Origin: Zygnema circumcarinatum SAG 698-1b
Lineage: Eukaryota; Plantae; Zygnematophyceae
Length of the DNA stretch: 64,000 nucleotides
Direction of reading: 5' to 3'
NCBI GenBank assembly: GCA_037447605.1
Contig: CM074804.1
Span: 4,193,909-4,257,908, forward strand
This document shows, piece by piece, positions 34,242 through 45,758 of this stretch; the stretch's first letter is position 1; each line of letters opens with the position of its first letter. Position numbers and translations under genes: made by a program. The notes under the pieces were generated by a model. It was not told the origin of the DNA. It was given only the letters and a program-made list of their open reading frames with translations, and made no database searches.

Positions 34242-37163
34242 AAGAGAGAGCTAGAGAGTGAGCGAGAGAGAGAGCGAGAGATGAGGGAGAGAGTGGGAGG
34301 GAAGCGCAAGGCAGGAGCAGAGTCCATCTAGGAGTATGTAAAGTATATATGCAGTTATATATTTTCATTAGGATTTTTTTCAAGCGGCTGCTTGAGCACG
34401 AGGTCTGTTGTGGGGTACAGGGCTGTCTATTTGGGTCGGCTGCAGTCTTGTACCGTATCTGCATGAAGCTTTGTTGCTGAGGGGAGCGCCCATATGGCTT
34501 AGACAGTATTTAGATTGGAGGGACACGTATTTGCTTTCGTAGTGGGTCCCGCCACTACTGGTTCTTTTTTCCTTGGCTTGACAAGTGGTTTTCAGAGCTT
34601 CTTTCCGAAGTTCTGCAGAGAGGCAGTGCATATTTTGAGCTCGTCGTTGCATCAGGCGCAGCTTTCAACAGTGAACGGCGAAAAAAAATCTATCTTAATG
34701 GAATAAGGAAGAGAGGAATCTAGTGACTTGTGTGGGCTTATGTTAACTAGGGCCTTGTCACATATGTGAAAGCTGCAGTGGCAGGAAGTTTCTTGTCATA
34801 GAAGGGCGGTCAGGGGAGATCAAGCGTAGTGTTTTCGTTTTTTGTGGTAGAGTGACGTTTCAACATCGGGTTTTCTACATTCTGTAGTCACTTCAGAGTG
34901 TAAACAAAGGATGTGTTCGCCGCTGAGACTACTGGGTTTCAAATGCTCCTTTTATTTTTATCACATATAACATGAAAATTTTCATATCGTCGCAGTCAGG
35001 CGAGCTCATGCCGCTGTGATTGCTTAAGCCGCGCGCGAGGCAGGACCGGACGCACTGCAGATAATTTTTGGGTTTTCCCACACCGCAATGAATGCCGTCT
35101 AAATTGTTGTAATACTCTTCAAGAAGGAAATGTCCAGTTCGTAACGAGCCGACAGACCGCCCTCCGCTCGCCATCTTGCGGCGCGTGTGCTTGCCCACCT
35201 TCCTGCGGACTGAACTCTTGCCGGCGGCTTCGCCGTCGACAAGCCGCCGAGCGAAAGTAGCTGTCGCACGCGTTGCCGCCGTCGATTCGCCGCGCGACAC
35301 GCTCACACCGTGGATCTGGCCGTGGCCGCGTGGAGGCCCTCCCCTCGAGGCGGCGACATTTGGCCGTCGCGGCAGTCGGCGGCCTGCGTGGGCTCGCGGA
35401 TGCCGTCGGATGGCGCGCGAGGCGACCTTTCTCCTAACAGCGGTGACCGGCGCACGCGCCTGCCTCGTCTCGCCGGCCGGTCGGTCGGTCGGTACCTGCC
35501 ATACCGAATCCCGCCGGCAGCACGCGCTCATTGACCGTTCGTTGGCTTGCGATCACAGGTCTGATCTGCGCCGTTGGATCGTCCACGGAAAAACTCGACA
35601 CTCGGCCGTCGCTCGCGGGGGATAACCGTTGGATGGATGGTCCCCCACGCGCGGATAGATCGCGGCCGTCGCACAACCTCACGCGTGCGCACATCTGACC
35701 GTCCGCTGCCGCCCGCGCGTGGACGGACCTTTCCGCCGTTCGCTGTGCACGCGCGCGTTCAGGACTGGAAACGAACGAGCGCGCGACAAGCGGCGACTGC
35801 CGAAGGGGGAAACTGGCCGCCCCTCCGGCGTTCAACCGGCTGGCAGGCTCGGACGGTATTCATTCAACAGGTTGAAGCGAGTTGAATAACTTCGTTTTGG
35901 AGGTTGAAAAACTCTCCGCCTCAGTTTCCAACTCCGGATAATAATCGACCAGTTGAAGAAGGTTGGATCATGAAAACGCTCCCTAAAGCTTAACCTTTTT
36001 GAAAAATCGAACATGTTTTCGGGTAAATGTTTTTTTCACCAATCTAACTAAATTTATTGAACATTAGATACGGGATTTGGATTAGGTTGAACATTTGAAC
36101 TTTTTTCGTAGTTGTTTCACATGTTTAAAATAATCCACTCACACTTACAATTCTATCGTATTGCTAACCACGATTCAGACGATTGGCCTGTCAGACCTAA
36201 GAATGAACTGTTCAGTAATTCTGTCGGTTTAAAAATAGATTTTCAATCAACAAGAAATGGGTTACTTGTTTCATACCAAACTCATTGAATCCGATCTAGT
36301 AATGAGGACAGATGGCTTCAAAATTATTAACTCTGAGAATGTTCAAAATAATCACTTAATTAAATGTCAGGTAGGTCAGCTTTACTGCTGTCACGCGCAC
36401 AGTGTGAGCACTTTTGCATACAACTGATATTTTTCCATAGATAAAAATTTCGGTTTTCTGAGCAAATAAGTAACAGCAGCCGTTTCCTCATCGATAACTC
36501 GCAGACAATCTGGCGCTTTATTTATATGAGCAATTCGAAGCAGAATTTGTAGTCCACTTCCAGCTTGCACTTACATCGGCCGTACCACAAATTAAAGCTA
36601 GGCCACAAATACTTAATCAGGAGGGAGCACATAGAACGGACTGTTCTATGAAGACGCCGCTCTGACATTGCCCGCTATGCGGGAATCCTATCGTGGTTTA
36701 TCTCGCACCATAAAAACCCCATTCTGGTTTTTTTCCGGGCGCCCTACTGAGCGGTATACAGACATTACAGTTCTGCCCAATACAAGAAGACAGCATAGAG
36801 GCAACAAAAAGGACGAAGGGCAAAAGGAAAAAGGGGAGGAGAAGTAGAAATAGGACCGGCTGTTCTAAAGAGGGAGATTGCTTCCTGCATTTTTAATTCA
36901 CTTGTTGGGCATCCACCTGTGGCATCATATGGTGTTGCTCCATTCGTTCAGGCAATCCTGACTGCCGGCTCTCCGAGTTATTCTGCCCGGGCTGCGAATG
37001 CGCCTGCAATTCCTCCCCCGAACCCGACTCAGGTTCTGCTTCCAAACACTCTCAGCCTGAGCTCTAACAAGGATGGGAGAGAAAAAAAAAGGGGGCCGTT
37101 ACCACTCAACAATCATGCAAAGGATCGAACATATTAAGGCAATTATTCGCTATACGAGGTAAA

Positions 37164-39104
37164 CTATGGAAGAGAGAAACCTACGCCTCTTTCAAGGCTA
37201 TGTTCCATCGCTGCCATGTGCTCCCGCTGCTGGTGAAGGATCATCTGCAATACAATATGATGAAACACTCAATCTCAAGCAATTTCAAAGTTGTCGATTT
37301 TCATTGAAAGACAAACCAACATCCACATCTACATACAGGACCATATGTAATTACGAAATAGACCCACCTGCTGCTGATGAAGCATGTGAGGTTGCTGTGG
37401 CATGAGTGAAGGAGCACTCTTTGTAAGGTCTCTCAGTATGCCCTACACACACACAAGCTCTCAGTGTCCGTTCAGTTCAGGCACTTGTTGAAATCATATA
37501 GCCCATTCCGGCAACTCATCTGACCATATGTCCACGAGCAAACTGATAGTCATTCAGAAACAAGCAACAAGGTAAACTTCAACATTCCGAAGACAACGGG
37601 AGAAGACCCTTAAATTCCATGGATATACAAAATAGTCCTCCAGATCCCCATACCTTGTTTGCCCACATAAGGCCACATGCATTGCATAGAGACCGTGGTC
37701 CTTGAGGCCCCCGCCTCATCATTGGAGTGGACCTCTCTCCAGCTCCACAGTGCATGCACCTGGACATAATCCAGGAATCGATAACTTGTTACAGACTACG
37801 TGAATATGAAAACCTTCAAAACCATGAGGGCCCATCTGAAGCATGCAGGCTTACGTTGCTTCTGCAGGAGAGCTCATTGTTCCACCCTCTCCAGAACTCG
37901 GATGCCCTCCTCCCTCCATGCCACTGTTGTCATCACCTGAAGGTCTGGAAGGTGCAAATTGGCCTCGCTTCCGTTGCATCCTGCATAGGATAGGAAAAAA
38001 TAACTGCGGCAGTTTAATTGAGGTTCCACTATCAAGCAGCTTCCATCCATCCTCCTAGTAATGTAGAGTACATGCATTCGCCAAGCATCATATACATGAA
38101 TATATCTCACCTTTGAGCCACTTCCTTGCGCACGCTGTACCGAATCTTCTTATCATAGCATCGTTCCTTCCTCTTTTCACGGAATCTGGTTAAAGACGCA
38201 AGGCGTTGTGGCAAGTTCATCCGCACCGGTGGTAATTCATGGAACTGCAATGGCAAAACGAAAAGAAAAGGGTCCAGGTGTAAATAGAAAGGTAACCAGT
38301 CTCCCTTTGTTTATTCATGTCAGCTGCACTAAGGGACAGCAAAACATGGGCAGGCCGACCACCTTATGATACGGGTCCTTGTAAGCTCCTCCTCCAGATG
38401 GATTTCCACCTATTCCAGGTGGAATTTCCCTTCCCCCAAGGAGAAGTAGCACAGCTTGTACCTGCACTCGCTGATAAGGTGGTCAGCAAATGTGGTACAC
38501 GACTTTCTACCAGTCAAAAGTAGACAATGAGGTCTTGGGTGCACAAGCAATACCAAATTTACGAAGAAACTCATGTCAAACCAAAAGAAGGCAAGGAGTG
38601 ACAGCACGACAAAATTAGAAATCGCACACCAACACTGTGAAATGACCCCACCTTTTCGGGCGGCACAGTGTCGAACACATATACTTCTCCTTGATATGAC
38701 AATGTGAGTTGCGTTGCCCCTAACCCTCGACCACCCGCCAAATGGCCGTCGTCCCGCTGGCCATCTTCGTCATCCATTTCATCATCTCCCGGAACATCAC
38801 CCCCGTCGACTTCCTCCTCCGCATCATCCATTGACTGCCCATGCGCGTCTGAATGCACATGTGCATGCGCATGTGGATGCACATGTGCATGAGGATGGTG
38901 CACATGGGCATGCGCATGGGCATGATGGGGATGGGAGAGAGGGAGAGCATTCTGCGCATGGATGTCATGCCCTGCATCTGGACGCTCATTTTCCACCTGT
39001 CTATGCAAATCGTGTTGCTCTGTCTCCGCCTGAGCGAGGGCCTGTGCGTGAGCGTGATGTGCCTCAAGCTGTGCTTGAACGTGCGCAGGATCCGGCTCTG
39101 CCAT
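37164..39104 (-). CDS. ZML: ZIM-like GATA transcription factor (TIFY-CCT-GATA, GATA subfamily C)
   Basis: [33 protein letters not shown]; [35 protein letters not shown]; GATA C-X2-C-X20-C-X2-C ([28 protein letters not shown]). The terminal exon is less certain; the 5' UTR probably extends to about 40.5 kb. Confidence 0.93.
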
Positions 39105-41860
39105 GGGGTGCCTTCTTGTTCGAGGTTAGGGTTCCAGCCAATGTAAAACAGAGAATCTTCAACAAGCTCGAGAGTAGTCGTAAGAGTTAAGCCTGCAAAC
39201 GAAAAACACGGAAAAATACATTCTTTCCGGTATTTAATATTCTCCATGAGTACTGATCTACTCTTAGGATTAGGATGAAGTTTCAGGAAAAGGCTTACAT
39301 TGTTCGGCCAATGCTTACTGTTCATGTATTGAAAAGGGGCTAATCAAAACCTCAAAACTTAAACAGGCATAACTTGCTGCAACCTCAGCACATGGTGAGA
39401 ACAAACACGACTTACATAGACGGGTTCTCACTGACATGCCATAGAATGAACTCCACACACAGAAAAGCGTACTGTCGAAATTAAAACATTTAAGCAACAC
39501 ACAACACCAGTCCCTCAAAACACAATAGCTAAGCGAGTCAGTCTACTTCCTGGCGCTAACCCTCCTCCCGCTAGAACGATTAATTATTAAAGAGTGTCAC
39601 TACATACTCGCTACATGATAGTGACCCCGTTGTCTCTTTCTCTCTCGCATTTACGAGCACCCATACCCTGGTATGGACTTTGCTGTGAGGAAACGATTTT
39701 CAGGTAAAAACCACAGAAACTTTGTATCGGAATTTGAGGTCTGTGTAAGGCACTCGCTACAGTAGGGCGAATTTCTCTGTCTCAAGCCCGTCATGTGATA
39801 AAAATCATAAAACTCTACTGATGATGATGAAGACAATATGATGAATGATGTGATGATTAATGGTGAAGTCGGAGCTCTCAAACACCCATGCTCTTCAACG
39901 CAGAATGCTTAAACCTCTTTCAGTTTGGATTTCATCCCGTTGCTGTGATTCTTCGGCTGATTGAAAATGTAAATTCAACGTGACGGCAGAGTTTCCTTGC
40001 TTAATCCTCATGCCATTTAAACAAATGCTTCAGTTTCTCAGCTCTCTTCATTCCATCATCCCATTACACTCGCGCCGTACCTTCTTTGCCAGCTGTCCCG
40101 CTCAAAGTAAAAGACAAGGTTCCACTTCCTCCACTGATCAGTGCAGCATCTGATCCTCCTCTCTGGGAGAAAAGGCGTACTCTCTCTGTCCCGTCTCTTC
40201 TCCGCTCTCCTCCTACCTCTGCTTTTTCCTCCGAGTACTCTCTCCTATTTCCCTCTTGTTCTGTACTCTCGCCCCTAAGCTTTTTTCTATCCCGTTCCAC
40301 CACTCCAACGCCGCTTTTGTGACCTACCCTATTTTATCTGCTAACTCCTCGCCTTTCCTTGCTCATTCCTACTATCTGCTTTCCATCCCTTCCGCTCCTC
40401 CAATCCCTCTCCCACTCCCACTCCCTCCACAGACACCACTCCCTACAATCTCCTTCCCTGTAACTTCCCCCCTCCCCCACTCCCTCTACCTCACTCTCCC
40501 TCTCAAGCCCTCTCTATGCTGGTCCTATCGCGCCCCTCCCGCGCTTACCCCGAGCGGAGAGTTAGGGTAAGCGCTACCGCCATGTCGGAGGGCCCTTGCC
40601 TTTGCCCGCCCTTTTCAAGAGCATGGAACCTGTTGCAGTTCGAAATCGGAAAAATTCCGCTGCTCGGCGGCGGGTTCCATGTTGAGGACGCGTGATCCGT
40701 CCTGTGGCACAGCGGCCCTGTTCGGCTCCGGATGGATGGCTTGCAGGGAGCCACGTGGAGCCATCTGCGTCCTCCGCCCGGCGGGCCGCCCCCCATGGCC
40801 GATTTGTTGAACATGGAGAGTGGTTTTCTAGAGATCGTACGGTGGATTCCTTCCATCCTGCAGATGAAGATTTTCCTCATCGTGCAGCTGCGATTCAATT
40901 GATCTTACGGCTGCAATTCGCAAGTCCGCCGTCGTTTGAAGTTCGAAATTTGAATTTCGCACCTAGTCCATTTTGTAACCTACAACCAATCGTCCGGCTG
41001 AGATTCCTTCCATTCAACGGCCGAGATAGCGCTCTTCCTTTGGCTGAGATGGCGCTCACGTGCGGCGGAGGTTTGCTTCCATCGTGCGGCGGAGATGCGG
41101 CCGCTCGTTCGTACGGCCGAGATATCTTGCATCGTACGGCAGGGAGTGCAGACACGAGGGCCTTCATCCCGCGGATGACGTCTTGTCCGTACGGCCCGTG
41201 CACCATCTGCGGCTGTGAAGGCCTGACTGGCCGATCCGCCTCATCGTGCGGCGAAGATTCGTTAAATCCGACGGTTCCTGCTTCGACTTCTCGCACGCGT
41301 GTCGAATAAAAAACTTTCTGCCGTTTTGCGTACGTCAGCAGCCCAAGCGCAAGCGCGGTTCCCAGATTTGAATTGAAAGAATTGAAAGCAATAATGCCTC
41401 GGCGTCGCGACAATTTGCGCTTGAAAATGGGGTACCGTACGGCGGCGATCGGGGCGAGGGCTTTTTTGACTTGCTGCAGCGCGGCGGCGGCTGGAGCACT
41501 ATTCGATCGAGCTAAGACTTAACACACTCACGAAAGCTGATCTATCAAACAAATCCACGAATTTCATACTGAATGCTTTTGAAGAAAAAAGTGGCTGGGG
41601 GGGGGTGGGGGGACACCGGAAGTGCACAGTCTGCTTGCTGCATATCAGATTTTTCCACAAAAAATCATATTACAAAGAAACAAGTTCCTTTCCATTACAA
41701 AACGATCAAACCAATCATTTATGTACAACCAAAAAAAACGAACATAGGAACTAAACCTTTTCCCCGCAACCCTAACGAACCTCCAGCACTGCTCTCTCCG
41801 GCAACGTATGCCCTCCCACCCTCCCCGCTACTCTACTTCTCACCCCCCCCCCCCTTCTAC

Positions 41861-43291
41861 TCACTCTCCGTTCTCCCCCTTCTCTCCCTCCATCTCAATC
41901 TTCTCGGTCGACTCTCCCGCCTGCTTACCCCCAGTGGTTTCCTTAGTGATCGCTGAAGGCCCCCCTGAAAGCGGAACATCGACTACACGACTTCTTGGCT
42001 TCTCTGCCTGCACCTTTGGAAGCCTTACAAGGAGAAGCCCATTTTTAAGCTCAGCCGTAATTCCCTCTGCGTTCACACTATCAGGAATTGCAAGACGCGC
42101 CGTCACCCCGCGCCGGCCGACAAACCTCCCCTGCTCTCGTTCCTTGGCATCATCGGTAGGCGGCCTCGCAGTAATCAAAAGTACAGAAGCATCTTCCACC
42201 TGCATTATTGCAAAGGACGATCAAGAAAGCAAGACTGAAAGGCTGAAATCAACAAAACTTTGGGTCTTGTAAACATGGTTTGTAAAAATAAACTGATTAG
42301 AAAGCTGAAACCAACCGAAGTTTGAAGTTTTAATATAGGCTTTGCAAAGATAAGCTGATACAAGAACTCGGCTGCTAAAGCTAAAAAGGAAACGACTGGT
42401 TAAGCTTAAACTAATCGATGCACACGTCAAACTTAAAAAGACATAATAATCTGCTTGACGAAGTTCAAGGCAGACGCACAGGGCTATGGAATTGGAACAG
42501 TAGGCAGCTACTTGCCTGCACTTTGACATCATTACTGCTGAATCCTGGAAGTTCAAAGCGGAGAGTCCAGCCATCTGAGCTCTCCTCCACATCCCACACC
42601 TTGGCAGATCCCAACTCTCTCAGCATCTCTGCCAACGATCGACCGAACGGTTCCATGTTGGCGGCCCAGCGACGGTTTGACGGAATTCCACACGGATCCA
42701 CAGCAAACCCACAGCCTGCAAATCCCCCACATATCTTTCAGTCTGAAGCCCAACTTGCACTATTTTTGTAACTAACAATGGGAATCTGCTAATGTCTTCT
42801 CCGCTTTTGGAAACAAAGACAGGTGTCCACGTGTCATTCTTTTTCTAAGTAGAGTCAGAAGGGAAAAGACTCACCAGCTTGCCAGCTGGCAGCAAGAGCT
42901 GCTGCTCGGGCCGACCGTCGGCGCGCCTCCGTTGCACGCAATCGCTGCGCGTTCCATGCGTCACGGCAGCCCGTCGCGCGCACTACCAAACTTGCTGCAC
43001 ATGTAGAGAAGCGTCCAGCAAAAGAGGTAAGAGATTCGTACAGAAGATAAAATGTTCTAAGAAAACTATAGTATGCGCAGTCTGCAAGAAAGTTGGGCGT
43101 AAAAATTATTAAAACGAGAATTAATTACGAATACAGTATTCTTAGAATTTACCTGATGCAGGAGCAGGTTTCATGTTTGAAGCAGACGCTGCAGAACCTC
43201 GAAGACCCCCTGTTTCTCCAGTGAAGGAGGTACGGAAGTGAGGAGTCTGCATGGCAGGTGCGCTGAGAGTAGCGAGAGAGACGGCTGCCAT
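41861..43291 (-). CDS. Small heat-shock protein (HSP20/alpha-crystallin), probably plastid-targeted
   Basis: Four exons. Transit-like N-terminus MAAVSLATLSAPAMQTPHFRTSFTG; ACD WDVEESSDGWTLRFELPGFSSNDVKVQVED...IPDSVNAEGITAELKNGLLLVRLPK and a V-D-V tail motif. The intron at 42200-42515 is GC-AG. Confidence 0.9.
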
Positions 43292-43550
43292 GGCTTCTGT
43301 GCGAGGAAGACGAGGCGAGGGAGAGGGAGTGCGTGTGCAGTATGGCAGCGAGAGGCGCGGACGACGATCTAGCCTCTCGAACGCGGCTTTTTAAACCGAG
43401 GGAGGCGCCCGCTGGAGATGGCGTGGGAGCGACGCCGGCAGGTGGCCACCGACATCCGCCGGCGTTCTAGAAGGCTGGCGGGCGGGCGGGCGGGCCCCAC
43501 CGAATTGCCGTGCGGGCGAGGGGAAGCCTCCTCCCGGGCGGGCGGGCGGG

Positions 43551-43623
43551 CAGATGCAACCACGTGGACAGATGCAGCCACGTGGACAGATGTAGCCACG
43601 TGGACAGATGCAGCCACGTGGAC
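43551..43623. promoter_or_regulatory. Four tandem 18-bp units, each with a palindromic G-box CCACGTGG, upstream of the sHSP gene
   Basis: cagatgc(a/t)(a/g)ccacgtgga-type unit x4, 260-330 bp upstream of the sHSP ATG. Confidence 0.7.
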
Positions 43624-43954
43624 GAACTCGCTAATAAAACGGCGAAGGTTGCTTGCTCGCTCGCTTGGTCAGCGAGCTGTTCGCGAAAAGGCGCCTGCTG
43701 ATTGGCCGACACTCGCGCGCCGTACCGTGCCGTACAAACCGCTCTCCGGTGCGTGTTTCCGTGTCGAATTGGATACAGAAGACACCCGACCCCGACCCCG
43801 ACCCGACCCGGGGCCGCCCGCCTGCCCGCCCGCCCACCCGCTCCCACCTCGGACCCTCCCCGGCCCAGCCCGGAGGACGCCGTCCTTCTCGGAAGCCCCC
43901 CTCCGGCTACGCTCACAGCCTACCCTTTTATCGGCATCGTCGCATTGCAGCGTT

Positions 43955-44452
43955 GCACAGGTCGCACCTTTCAATCAACCTAAGGAAAGGTGCGAACCAT
44001 TGGTGCATCGCTGTTTGAGCCGTTGATTTGCGACCCAGCCAACCATTGATTTGCGACCCGAGCAACCATTGCCGGTGGTTTCATTGGATTATATGGTTGC
44101 CAGCCATTGGAATAGTTGCGAACCATAGATTCGCGCCTCTTGCAACCATTGGACTCAATGGTTGCCAGCCATTGACAACGGTTTTCGAACCATTGGTTGA
44201 GTTTTGTTATTTTTCTTCAGGATATTAAAGGAGAAAACCAAATTTATTCTATGTGTTTTGGTTGAAGCAAGTTGCTTCCATACACTACGAGGTGTGACTT
44301 CAATACCGCCAGGCAGAGAATAGTTTTTTGCACTTTCTCGTTAATGGTTCCAAGCATTTCCATGGTTGCCAACCATAGTTGTTGGAATCATCCACTGCGA
44401 ATGGTCGCAACCGCTGGATGCCAATGGTTGCCGATCCCATGTTCCGACCTGC
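43955..44452. mobile_element. hAT-like non-autonomous element (498 bp) with AACCATTG subterminal arrays
   Basis: Perfect 8-bp direct flanks GCAGCGTT (43947-43954 and 44453-44460); imperfect TIR GC(AC)AGGTCG; a dozen or more AACCAT(T/A)G-like motifs in both orientations clustered at the two ends around an AT-rich core. Confidence 0.65.
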
Positions 44453-45758
44453 GCAGCGTTGTCGCGCCTCCACGCGCTGCGGTTGGTTTTGGCCGTCCCG
44501 GCGGCCTTCTCCCCCCTCATGCGCGAAGCCCTGCATCGGCTTCGCGGCTGCTTCTACAGCGTGTTGTGCTGTTGGGCCTAGAAGCAGAGTCTAACTCATA
44601 GCTTTTCTTTCGTCCCGTGGTCCGTCGTGCCCAGTTCCTTTTGGTTCTCCGCGTTGTTTTTGTCCAATGCACCTTTGATGGCATCGCCATCGTTAGATTA
44701 TTTTTTTTCCCAACTTTGCAACGATGTTGAATGGAGCATAGACATAGTAGTGAGTAGGCCATGCAATATACGCTATTATGGAATGACACCCACCATTCGG
44801 TGCTACCTCCCGAACGATCAATCAGGGCACAAATCACGACTAATCACGACTAGTCACGACTACGATTGTACGTGAGAGGCACCCCACCTACGCCCGCCTG
44901 TCGCACCACTCATAGGCACCGTAGAGCACTCTGCGAGAGTACCGTACGACACCGTACGGTCGATATCCGCGGTCACCGCCCCCGGACCGGCCTGCGTGCC
45001 CCGTCAGCACGGGCGTGCTGACGTGGGCGGTCGGCCCCGCGGGCCGCGGGCGGGTCAAAGCCCCGAGGGCCAAGGGCCGCAGCGACGTCACCTCCCGCGC
45101 GCGGTTGGCCGCGCGGTTCGGTTCGCCGCGCGGTTGGTCGGTTTGAGGCGGAGCCCTGGTGGGCTCTGCTGCGACCCCCCTCCCCCGTGCCGGGCGGCCC
45201 GGGCCGTGCAGGTGCAGGAGGGAGGCTGGAGTTGCTCGGGCGGGGCAGGCAGGCAGGGAGGGAGGGAGTCAGCGTTTTAGGGTTGTCGAGAGGGACCGGA
45301 CTGCTTTAGAACAAATATTGTAAAACTAGGGTAACTTTGCGGTCGGAGGAAGACGGGAGGAGGGAAGGGATGTATGGATGAAGGACGATGAAGAGAAGAA
45401 GATATGCATGTTATGTTGGAAATGCGTAATTTTTTCTTAAATTGATGTCCATTTTGCGCTCTTTATAAAATGGTGGCTTGCGGGGTTATTAGGGTTTGTC
45501 CAGGATCCAAAGGAGCTGAGGAAGGATCAGAATTAGGGTTAGGTTTTTGCCTCTAGTTAGAGTTGTATCGTATCCAGAGCTAGAATGGAGCTGTAGCAAA
45601 TAAGAGTATTCCTGGATTTGTTTCCACTATTCTTGCGCCAAAAATGGGTTTCTGAACTCGTCCAATAAAGTTATCCTCTACAATTTCTGGCACGAGATTC
45701 GTTTGATTGCTGCACCGATATCCCAATATTCTAAAGCAGCAGACCGTCGTGTCTCATC

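Noticed and set aside
40692-41413. Overlapping ORFs of 205 and 172 aa between ZML and sHSP
   Set aside because: No recognisable domain; GC-rich intergenic sequence with short repeated motifs.
43464-43473. Heat-shock element upstream of sHSP
   Set aside because: Only two nGAAn units; a canonical HSE needs three, so it is not listed as a feature.
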